A stretch of 64,000 bases of DNA, taken from the NCBI GenBank assembly GCA_002269645.1, contig NIVC01002340.1, positions 118,183-182,182 of the forward strand, given 5' to 3'. Under the pieces are notes generated by a model, which saw only the letters and a list, made by a program, of their open reading frames with translations, was not told the DNA's origin and searched no databases. Source of the stretch: Macrostomum lignano. Taxonomy: Eukaryota. Shown one piece after another: positions 36,401-45,896 of the stretch; positions within the stretch are counted from its first letter, which is position 1, and each line of letters starts with the position of its first letter. A program made the position numbers and the translations under genes.

Positions 36401-38380
36401 TTTATTACCTTTATTGGTTGTTCCGGCCTAAATCTGCCATGTGCATTTCGGGGGACTGGCTAATGTACATTATGGAATTTGCAATTTGTTTTTACATCTA
36501 AACTTTTTAAAGCCATTTCAGCTGCCTCTTATAAAATAGCTTATGTATTCTTCATTGCTACTGAACCAAAAGTAGATAGCTGGTTTTGTTTGCTAAGTAT
36601 TATGTCTGAGTGGCCCATCTAGTTATTTTAGTATACTAGAATGACTAGATGGGCCACTTAGGCATATTTACTTAGTGAAACAGCTTTCTACTGTCAGTTC
36701 AGTAGCAGTGAGGAATACATAAGCTATTCATGAAAATAAAGGCAGCTGAAACATACATGCGCAACAGTCGGCCGAGTCGGCCGATCTGGCCGACCGATTT
36801 GGCGACCAACCAAGGAAGTCGCAAAAATGCCCACCCGAAAAAATACCAAAGTAGTAGTACTAAGTAGCTGACGAGGCATTTTGACTTAATAAGACAGTCA
36901 TAGTTACTCCTGCCGTTTATCCAAAGTTGCGTTAATTTTGAGTCAGGGTTTTTTATATGTAAGTCGCATTTTTGGCCAAAAACTACGTCGCATTTTTGTT
37001 AAAATGAAGTCGCATGGCCGACCGAATTTTGGAGGTTGCGCATGTATGAGCTGAAATGACTTTGATAAGTTTAGAAGCTCAAGCTTGCAGGCGTAAACAA
37101 CTTGCTAATTGGTTCAGCAATAATGTACATCAGCCAGTCTACTGAAATGTGCATGGCAGCTTTAGGCTGGAATTCCGAGAAAGGCAATAAAATTTGGGTT
37201 AATGCAGGGGGTAGTCTGAAAAGGCGCGGTTGGAGAGTTCAAGCTGTTATAAATGAGCCTTGTCTTGTAAACTGCATTAAAATGCTTCAGTTCAGCTTAC
37301 TACTGAACTGAAAGTAGTTTGCACGCGGATGTGCTGAGTGGCCCATCTAGTTACTCTAGTGTCTGTGGTCACAGGTAATAAATAGATTTTATAGCAATGC
37401 TAAATGCTTTTAATGCCAGCACTGAATTCATCCCATTAACAGTTACTCCTGAGGCTACCGCCGGGTGTTTGAGGAATTCTCCCAAGCTCTGTCGCAGAAG
37501 TATCCAGCTCTGCAGATGGAAGGGGATAATTATCCTCCACCCGCATGGCGACAACTATTGTGTACCGTACTATCGTGGACTAAGCTCGGTTTAATTATGG
37601 CCATAGTCATGGGCGTCGATCCGTTTCCATATTTGGGTCTGCAAACGCCGCAGATGTATCAGTGGGCCAGTCAGAACCGCATGTACGCCTGCATGATGCT
37701 GTTCTTTATCTCCAATGTTGTTGAGGGCCAGCTCATCTCTACTGGCGCATTCGAGGTTACCTTTAACGGTGAGTGAGGGTAAGGGGCTCAAGGGGGGGGT
37801 TAGACTTGCCTAGACCTGAAGCTGAAGACTGTGAAGAGTATTAAAATCAACAAAGCCTGAAGGAACCGAGGTTAGAATCAATTAGTTAAGAGGCAGTGGG
37901 CTGTGTGAATTCCAGCGCACTTGACTCCCCTGAGCAGGCACACACTCACACAGGAGTGTACAGCGGCCCTAACTTTAATTATCGTTAGACATGTACACTT
38001 CACTGTGCCTTGGGGGTTGGTGTTAATTGCACGAGCAGAGCCAAGCTGAGATTCCAATTTAGCCCCAAATTAATGTGACTGCACTTGGAATCGAGCCTGG
38101 GCCGCTGGCACATCAGAGCCTGCGCCAGACCACTGGGCTCCGGCTGCCCGTTTAGGCCTGAAGTATTTCACTTTTGCACCCTGATGCAGACAGTATTAAG
38201 AAGCCAAAATAGGAATCGCCTCATCCCAACTGAACTCTACACTTCCCCTGTTCTCTTCAAGGCATGTCCGTTTGGTCCAAGCTTCAGAACGGCCGCGTGC
38301 CGTCCATCGGTGAACTGATGGGCATCATCGATAGCCACATGATGTCAGTGAACACCGCGACCGATCCGCCACAGCTTTAG
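30461..38380 (+). CDS. SELENOT: Selenoprotein T (thioredoxin-like Rdx fold), 3 exons, Sec codon TGA at 37450-37452
   Basis: Exons 30461-30639, 37443-37768 and 38262-38380. Splicing TG|gtaagt...ag|T TAC TCC TGA GGC TAC gives LKVLY-C-Y-S-U-GYRRVFEEF. Downstream are EGDNYPP, WASQNRMYACMMLFFISN, STGAFEVTFN and VWSKLQNGRVP, with an N-terminal signal peptide. Confidence 0.96.
30710..31113 (-). mobile_element. Internally deleted Merlin (IS1016/IS1595-like) element retaining TIRs and transposase C-terminus
   Basis: 21-bp TIRs ggcaatcttctagttttgcac / gtgcaaaactagaagattgcc. The minus-strand ORF VHTNTVEGTWAHAK...HLEEFLWRR matches the Merlin/ISXO2 C-terminal motif. The TSD is imperfect. Confidence 0.85.
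31385..33539. mobile_element. Non-autonomous long-TIR element (MULE/Foldback-like), ~190-bp TIRs built of gcggaat subrepeats, 9-bp TSD aactacttg
   Basis: The TIR starting ggtacccagtaaaatgcgg mirrors the end ccgcattttaccgggtacc. TSD at 31376-31384 and 33540-33548. Confidence 0.92.
33595..33950 (+). mobile_element. SINE family A copy with CpG decay (SELENOT intron 1)
   Basis: Aligns with 3601-3876 with ccgtag>ccatag, cagcgg>cagtga, ctcgatt>ctcaatt and gtgcgcc>gtgtgtt. Confidence 0.85.
34379..34564. mobile_element. hAT-type MITE (186 bp), TIR CAGT(A/G)GCGCAACCAG, 8-bp TSD cttggat(g/a)
   Basis: TIRs and TSD (34371-34378 and 34565-34572) are visible. The element is CpG-rich inside a CpG-poor domain. 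Confidence 0.88.
34573..34738. mobile_element. Palindromic MITE centred on gtcacgtgac, right end gttgcgcatgtatg
   Basis: Arms caacctt.gg...ctattggcaac / gttgccaatag...ccaaggttg. The terminus is shared with the 36752-37048 element. Confidence 0.65.
36497..37075. mobile_element. Foldback/palindromic MITE whose right arm is interrupted by the 36752-37048 MITE
   Basis: Arms ttcagctgcc...gagtggcccatctagt / actagatgggccact...ggcagctgaaa. The arm continues after 37049 (agctgaaatgactttgataagtttaga). Confidence 0.7.
36752..37048. mobile_element. MITE (297 bp), TIR CATACATGCGCAAC, 8-bp TSD agctgaaa (P-element- or hAT-like)
   Basis: Perfect 14-bp TIRs, with the TSD at 36744-36751 and 37049-37056. Confidence 0.88.
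37921..38150 (-). mobile_element. SINE family A copy (SELENOT intron 2)
   Basis: Close match to 3601-3876 including the ggctcgattccaagtgcagtcac B-box region. Confidence 0.85.
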
Positions 38381-38687
38381 TGTGCCAGGCTGGCTTGCTT
38401 AAGCATTATTTTTACTTTCTAATGTATTAATTCAGTTTTATTTTATTGTACATCGTATATTTTTATTTCAAGTTTTCAATTAACTTGCTATTATTGGTCC
38501 CGATTAAAATTAATTGTCTCATGTCCCAAATTTAAAAGCTCGAATTTTCACATCATCAAATTCGTATTAGATTGTGTCCTAGCGGTATTGACTAGCGAGA
38601 GTTTTCGATGGTATTAATTTTTTTGAGCTGATGAAACGCCCTTAAACACCTCTATGAATCTGATTGGCTGACAATTTTTATTTACAG

Positions 38688-38955
38688 CAGGGGTCGCAAA
38701 ACTTTTTATCCCAAGGGTTAGATAGAGAGCCTAGCGTATGATTGTGGGCTAGAGGAGGGGCGAGAGAGGAGAGGGAATAGAGAAGAGAGAAAGGAGACGT
38801 GAGAGACGAGGGAATAGATGAAATAGGAGAGAGGAGATTCGAAAAGGCAGCTGAGAAGAGACAAACCCTGAGCAGGTCGGATTGCTATTGTGAAGTCTCA
38901 AACGACTCGAGGGCCGTATAGAGAGGCTTGGCGGGCTGGAGATTTAGACTTGCTG
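38688..38955. mobile_element. Degenerate hAT/Charlie-type MITE downstream of SELENOT
   Basis: caggggtcgcaaaactttt...gagggccg...ggcgggctgg...gacttgctg follows a Charlie-MITE pattern. No TSD was recovered. Confidence 0.45.
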
Positions 38956-39184
38956 TAACTCCATCCTGTCTACGTATTTTAACCTTTAAAAAATCGAATT
39001 CTTAACCTAATACGATGCGTTAAACATGTATGTACTTGTATCTTATGGCGAATTGATTTTTTGAATCGCACAACTTACACTAATACGACTAGCGTGTAAT
39101 AACACGAGTAATAACTTACCTCGACCTTGACATAATTCTTACGCCTTCAGTTATTAATGCATTCTCTATGCCTCAATTATTATT

Positions 39185-39266
39185 GGCTTGCGTATATGAC
39201 GCCCTTCTATCGAAGCCCTAAACTCCGTTAAATTACCGGAGCGGGTGTTGGGCCGATCTCGTTGCT
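39185..39266 (+). promoter_or_regulatory. Candidate SECIS element (form-2-like) for SELENOT
   Basis: ATGA at 39196-39199, GCCC/GGGC closing pairs, AAG 13 nt after the core, mini-stem CTCCG/CGGAG, 3' CGAT at 39254-39257 and a weak lower helix. Helix II has several mismatches. Folded by eye only. Confidence 0.35.
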
Positions 39267-39442
39267 GCAATGGTGCGCAACAATCTGCATGCCAATGCAA
39301 TATGCGAGCAGTTAAATTTGAGAAAGCTGACTAAATATAAATCTCTTTATCTACAACAACTGTGAGAACCGACTCTTTGCGTTGCTACTTTATATGCTGA
39401 ATTGATACAGTAGGCCTCTTTAACTAGCACATTTGTAACCGC

Positions 39443-40850
39443 ATCTATCCATGGGCTGAGTAAGCTATCCTACTGATCTATCCATGGGCTGGGTAAGCTA
39501 TCCTACTGATCTATCCATGGGCTGGGTAAGCTATCCTACTGATCTATCCATGGGCTGGGTAAGCTATCCTACTGATCTATCCATGGGCTGGGTAAGCTAT
39601 CCTACTGATCTATCCATGGACTGGGTAAGCTATCCTACTGATCTATCCATGGGCTGGGTAAGCTATCCTACTGATCTATCCATGGACTGGGTAAGCTATC
39701 CTACTGATCTATCCATGGGCTGAGTAAGCTATCCTACTGATCTATCCATGGGCTGGGTAAAGCTATCCTACTGATCTATCCATGGGCTGGGTAAGCTATC
39801 CTACTGATCTATCCATGGGCTGGGTAAAGCTATCCTACTGATCTATCCATGGGCTGGGTAAGCTATCCTACTGATCTATCCATGGGCTGGGTAAGCTATC
39901 CTACTGATCTATCCATGGGCTGGGTAAAGCTATCCTACTGATCTATCCATGGGCTGGGTAAAGCTATCCTACTGATCTATCCATGGGCTGGGTAAGCTAT
40001 CCTACTGATCTATCCATGGGCTGGGTAAAGCTATCCTACTGATCTATCCATGGGCTGGGTAAAGCTATCCTACTGATCTATCCATGGGCTGGGTAAAGCT
40101 ATCCTAATGATCTATCCATGGGCTGGGTAAGCTATCCTACTGATCTATCCATGGGCTGGGTAAAGCTATCCTACTGATCTATCCATGGGCTGGGTAAGCT
40201 ATCCTACTGATCTATCCATGGGCTGGGTAAAGCTATCCTACTGATCTATCCATGGGCTGGGTAAGCTATCCTACTGATCTATCCATGGGCTGGGTAAGCT
40301 ATCCTACTGATCTATCCATGGACTGGGTAAAGCTATCCTACTGATCTATCCATGGACTGGGTAAGCTATCCTACTGATCTATCCATGGACTGGGTAAAGC
40401 TATCCTACTGATCTATCCATGGACTGGGTAAAGCTATCCTACTGATCTATCCATGGGCTGGGTAAGCTATCCTACTGATCTATCCATGGGCTGGGTAAAG
40501 CTATCCTACTGATCTATCCATGGGCTGGGTAAGCTATCCTACTGATCTATCCATGGACTGGGTAAAGCTATCCTACTGATCTATCCATGGACTGGGTAAA
40601 GCTATCCTACTGATCTATCCATGGACTGGGTAAAGCTATCCTACTGATCTATCCATGGACTGGGTAAAGCTATCCTACTGATCTATCCATGGGCTGGGTA
40701 AGCTATCCTACTGATCTATCCATGGGCTGGGTAAAGCTACCCTACTGATCTATCCATGGACTGGGTAAGCCATCCTACTGATCTATCCATGGACTGGGTA
40801 AGCTATCCTACTGATCTATCCATGGACTGGGTAAGCTATCCTACTGATCT
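39443..40850. repeat. Minisatellite, 33/34-bp unit ctatccatgggctgggtaa(a)gctatcctactgat, ~42 copies
   Basis: Directly visible tandem array between SELENOT and MRPS11. Confidence 0.97.
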
Positions 40851-41012
40851 ATTGGCTTAGATATTCTTTTTTGTGACCAACAATGTACTGTAATCTCTAT
40901 ATTACTTTCGAGGCAAAATGTTTCGTTAATTTCGTTATAGAGTTTATGCAAAATAGAATTCCTTTTAAACTGCCTAATTTCATGCATCCCCTAATCGAAA
41001 GTCAATCCAAAA

Positions 41013-42277
41013 ATGCTTTTGAGAACACTATGCTCAGACTTTGCCCGACGCTGCCTACTCAATCCAGCCTGCTCTGTGCTGAATAGATCGCTCAGTAGCA
41101 GCGGCACCGGAGGAGGCGGCGCAGGTTCGAGCCCTCCCACTCATTGGGACCGCAGCACGGATAGCGGTGTGACCTCAGACGAATCCAGTTCATCCGCTCT
41201 AACACCTGAATCGGCAGCAGCGCCAAAGGGTGTAGCCCTGGCTACCCACATGCTACTAAACCAGCCAACCTACAATGTAATGGGAGATATTGTCCCCGTG
41301 AACGAGTACCACCTGACTGAGGAGACTCCAGCTGGCGTGCCCTATCACACTTTGCCAATTGTTTACTTTGGCGCCAGGCGCAATAATTGCATAGTAACAA
41401 TCACGGATTGTTTGGGACGCCCATTGGCTGTTACCTCTACGGGAATTGAAGGCTTTCATAATGCTAAGAAGTCTACGACTGTTGCTGCTCAGGTGAATTT
41501 TGTATAAAAATATTGAGTGTTTATTGCATTTTATGAGTGCTTCTAGTGCTGGTACTGCGGTGCCGCGCATCGAGATCCGGTGGTGCCGGTGTCCGTAGCG
41601 CTGTCCCCCCCCCCCGAGAGTCCAGGAGGTGGATGGTCGCTTGTCCGGTAGCCCTTAGGTAGCGGATGAGCTGGCAGAAATTCTCGGGCCTGAAAACGTC
41701 GGAGAGGTCCGGGTTTGGGCCGAGCTAGGTGAGCCTGTCCTGAGTAAAGGCGGGGCATTCCCAGATAAAGTTCTCCGCTTTCTCGACATGCTTGACTAAA
41801 CAGCGATGGCCCTCGGGCCATGGTCACCATGATTTCCCTGCGGTTTGAGTCCAAGCAGGGCCCTGCGCATGGCGGAGGAAGGACTTTGAAGCCACCCACT
41901 GGTTGATCCGGGTGGTGGAAACGGCGGTGAGGGTGGGGGCCACGGGCAAGGAACCGTGGAGTAAAAGAACCGGCCGGAGCCAGGCGATCCCGGGGTGGCC
42001 CTACTACTGTAGCCGATCTCAGTACTTCTACTCAATTCTGCGAGCATCAAAGAATTCATTACAATTCTGTTTCCAGGTAGTTGGCGTTTCAACCGCGCTG
42101 AAGGCTAAGAAGCTGGGCATCAGCCACGCTCGGGTGGTGATCCGCGGCATGAACCAGCTCCGTCTGGCCTGTCTGAAGGGCATGTCAAGCGGCGGACTGC
42201 AGATCGTGTCGCTAACTGACAATACCAAGATTCACTATGGCAAGGGTAGACGGCCAAGGAAACCGCCTAGAAAATAG
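41013..42277 (+). CDS. MRPS11: Mitochondrial ribosomal protein uS11m, 2 exons
   Basis: Exons 41013-41492 and 42077-42277. Presequence-like N-terminus, then [44 protein letters not shown] and [10 protein letters not shown], typical of uS11. Confidence 0.9.
41545..42030 (-). mobile_element. 5'-truncated non-LTR retrotransposon 3' fragment (I/R1-group-like ORF2 C-terminus) in the MRPS11 intron
   Basis: Frameshifted minus-strand pieces ALLGL/NRREIM...[26 protein letters not shown]...LIRYLRATG resemble the C-terminal zinc-knuckle of RNase-H-bearing LINEs. The segment is GC-rich relative to the intron. Confidence 0.55.
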
Positions 42278-42799
42278 TCGACTAATAACTCATAGCCTAT
42301 ATAGTAGTTATAAATCTGTAGGTAAAAGTATTGTATGATGGTCAATGAAGTGTCACTCGATACTACTGCTATTAGTAGGACTGTAAATTCTACTCGTATG
42401 TTAGCTAAATTTTAAAAATAAATTTATAGGCGCGATGACCATTTTGATTGGTCGCATTTGAATGGAATTCAGTTGCAGCAACATCTATTTTTGCCTGTCA
42501 TTTGTCTGCTTTATGTTTATTTCTTTCGCTAAATTCATAGTATCGACAATAGATAAGAAACAAATTGAAAGGTTTTATAAAATACAGACAATACAAGCCT
42601 GCAGAACAAATTAGAGCACAGCTTTCAGCAACTCGCAAAGCAGAAATCTGTGCATGGTCTGACCGGAAACCCAGTGGTGCAGTGGTGTCGCAGTTAGTGA
42701 CGCGGCTGCGCTCGTTAAGTCCGACCAGCGTGTGATCGAATTTCGGTAGTCGCTTAATTTGTGGCAGTGAAAGTCCAGCCGGTCAAGTAGGTCCTCCAT

Positions 42800-43330
42800 A
42801 CCATCCGTGTTGGCGTTCTCGCGTCCGGTGACAGAGGGTGAGAGCTCAGACCTCCGGAACTGTGTTCAAGCACCATCCAGTGTGTTCCAGTTTGGCAGTT
42901 CCTCCAGCTGCCCAGCTAGGAGTACGATTATTAGTACGCTGCCGCGACTGCGGTTGTTTGTCGACTTGTTTAGGAGGCTCCACCCGACTTCAAGATTCTA
43001 AGAATAGAGACCTAGCTGGTTCAGCCACTTTAGCAACTTCTAGCTGTACATGTAGGTCGTAAGCAGCTGGGCTAGAATGGTGCAACGCCAGGGAGCCTTC
43101 AGCTAGAGCCCGATGCTGCTGGGCCTTATAGTGCCGGCGGATCCACGATCTGGACGGCAGGGGTCTCAGTGTGTGCTCTGCAAATGTACTTCTTCAGCCT
43201 TGAAATTGGCCCTCATAGGCGTGAATCGCTCGACTACCCCTGGCCAATTTTTGCGCACAAGCCCCTAAATGAATGCGGCCGCGCATGGAAGCGAACCATA
43301 GGTGGTGGCGCGAGAGTCGGGCGTGTTAAC
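42800..43330 (-). pseudogene. Possible decayed tyrosine-recombinase (DIRS/Ngaro/Crypton-like) remnant
   Basis: Broken frames give KLLKWLNQLGL followed by LKSGGAS and LGSWRN, resembling the YR L..LG...HSLRSGGA...GRW motif. The catalytic H and R are not clearly visible. Confidence 0.28.
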
Positions 43331-43800
43331 TGTGGTAGTGGCTGCTAGCTAGAGCTAGTGTTGTTGCACTTTACCCAATCATATCCTTGTTATGTCTATG
43401 GTAGCAACCAGCTTTACGTCCTTAAGCTTTCGTTCTCAGCCTCCCACTTATAATTTTCTATGCTTAAATAAACGCTGCCGACAGCTTCGTTCAAACTACT
43501 ACAATGGCGTCGCGGCTTGGCAATCTGGATCTTACTGACACGGTTCATGCATTATGACCTGGGTATGTGCCTGGGTACCTGGATTAAGGCATTCAAAGCC
43601 TTGGCTCGAACCAAGAAGTGGGAAGATAAAGAAACGGATCGACAAATCACGGACAACTTTTTAGCGCTCTGTGGACTAGCAGCTGGACGTCAAAAATGAT
43701 ATTACAGCATGTCAAAAATGATACGCCTGGGTAGAGGCGACTTTGCTACGGTGAGGTCATCTACTTCAACCAATTATAGCGAATCACTGAGTCATGTTCT
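43331..43800 (+). mobile_element. Truncated Ty3/gypsy element: 173-bp LTR plus gag start, related to the element at 50375
   Basis: TGTGGTAG...CTACTACA (43331-43503) with an aataaa motif, then ATGGCGTCGC. WIKAFKALARTKKWED...QITDNFLALCG is homologous to WLQSFEALCRHKKLRD...QVTDLFLARAG. Confidence 0.8.
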
Positions 43801-43834
43801 CCGAAGCTTCCGAATGACCAGGCGAATGAACTGT

Positions 43835-44668
43835 TCAGCCGTGATGTTCTCGTGAACCGCAGGTGGTGCTGAATCCACAACCTCCACCGGTAACACTTCG
43901 CAGGTCGCGCTTGATTTCTTCTGGGAAGTTAAACTGCATGTCGGTGAACTGTTTCTGCTTACCAAATCGCTTCAGATATCGGGCCCAGATTGTGTACGCA
44001 TCATGTCTGCCAGCCTTGCTGTTGCAATTTCTGTAGCGCTCGCACCAGGAAATGAAGCCTTTGGCGTCGTTGTCTGTGGCTCCATTTTCTGTGAGATATC
44101 TGTGCAACATCTGTGCAAAAGCATTGTATAATACGCAGACATGCCTGGTTTGGTGCCTTAATAAAAAATCACGATGTTGGCGGTGTCAGCTCGTCGGGGC
44201 CGCAAGGTGCACTCCGTTGAAGGTCCCGAAGGTCGTCCAGACAGAGCTGAATGCTGAACATGGTGCTGGATTATTTTATAATTACGCAGACATGCCTGGT
44301 TTGGTGCCTTAATAAAAAAATCACGATGTTGGGGGTGCCAGCTCGTCAGGGCCGCAAGGTGGCACTCCGTTGAAGGTCCAGAAGGTCGCCTGTATGTCTA
44401 CAGGTCAGCCTAGAGGGCCGCCATCGTGCATTTCATTCACCGATTGTGTCCACTGACTGAATGCTGCATGCAGAAGAGGAATCTTCCACTTCAGTTTTTG
44501 GGAACGCAGCCGTCTCTGAGATGCCGATCGGGTGCTTTTATTGAAGGTCCCGACGGTCGCTGCCGATGCTCCAGACGGTGATGAAGGGGACCCTGGTGCC
44601 TGGGATTCTGAGAAAAAGTCCTCTACGACAGATGGACCAAGAATATTGTGCAAATAAGGATTCATCAT
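43835..44668 (-). other. Unassigned, probably TE-borne spliced coding remnant with an internally duplicated exon/intron unit
   Basis: ORFs 44668-44405 and 44110-43835. A ~115-bp unit is repeated at ~44125-44240 and ~44277-44390 and contains minus-strand donor-like c|gtgatt. An acceptor ttttgcacag directly precedes the 44110 ATG. Confidence 0.35.
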
Positions 44669-45896
44669 AAGGGTTTATACAGTGTAGTGTTGGTTGTCCT
44701 TATCACCAGTGTCTTCGGTAAGAATCGTTGAATATCTCGACGATGCTGACGTCGGATGACTTTGAAAGTTAGTTCGTCGGAAAGGGCGGAAAATTTTGAC
44801 CCTTATGGTGGACTTTTACGAAAATCGGTAATTCGGTTTGCGAGCTATCGTGAAATGGGTCGTGTGTTTTTGTAGTACACCCCCGTGGTCTTTCCGTATG
44901 GGGAAAAATAGCATGGTCTTTCTACTGTTAAAACAAAATCTATTCTGTACGGATCGATTAGACTTAGACATGAATGCCACATTGTGCAGTGGATTAGAAA
45001 CAATATTGTACGCGCTCAAAGTACTTCACTTTTTTCACGTTTAATGTACTGCACAGACGGATTTCACCTTGAACTGGCCCAGCATCGCAGTCCGTCAGTC
45101 TGTTTATGAAGCTCTTTCTATTCCTCAATGCCTTCAGCCAGACCAATCAATTAACAGCAAATTAAGTTCAATCAGACAGGTGTTTAAATGTAAGCACCGG
45201 ATCCACCGGGAGCGGGGGGGTAGGTTCTGAGAATAATTTAGTCCGACTCCTTAATTAATGCCGGGACTAAAAGCAACATGTGGAATATGGGCTTTTCGCG
45301 TAGCTAACCTGCTCAAAAAATCGCCTTACTATGTCCAAAGCCGTCTTCAATTAAGTAAGCTCGATTTTAGAGAACGTCGAAATCAGTAGGAGCGCGTATG
45401 TAAGTTTCTGTCTTAAATTTCGTAGATTTTACTGCATTTGATCAAATCAGATCGAAGTCCAATGTCTGCTCAATTGGCTCCCAAGCCTCAATAAGGGTAG
45501 AACTACCAAGGGTGAACTTATTTGCTGCGCCGGAACGAAGTGACGTAGGCACACGAAATTCAAGAACACCAGGCTATAAAATTTTGTTGCGCATCTTCTC
45601 AAACAATCAACTAGTCGCCAGCCCTCAGGATCGTCGAGATATTCGACGATTCTGCTAGAAGGTCAGATTTTCCCATAAGCGCCAATGTATTCAATACGGC
45701 CTTTAGATACGCAAGCTAGGGTTCTAGGTTATACTCGGCATGATAGATGCTGGTTTTAAGGCTCCTGGCTTTACCTTGAACCTTGTTTTCAGGTGAATGC
45801 AGGCCTGGTCTTTGTTTGCATACAGGTCTCTTTGTATTAATGAAACTCCAAGATGTTTGCGTTCCCACAACACAGACTTTTCTGTTCTCCGACGCG

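Noticed and set aside
38631-38672. ATGA...AAA...GA as the SELENOT SECIS
   Set aside because: The spacing is plausible, but helix II cannot be paired beyond about 3 bp.
39443-40850. CRISPR-like appearance of the 21-37-bp tandem arrays (also 2143, 14576, 46510, 59013)
   Set aside because: Units are head-to-tail with no unique spacers, there are no cas genes, and the context is eukaryotic.
41885-41891. CTTCAAA (tRNA-Sec anticodon loop) on the minus strand
   Set aside because: There is no anticodon stem or cloverleaf, and it lies within a LINE-like fragment.
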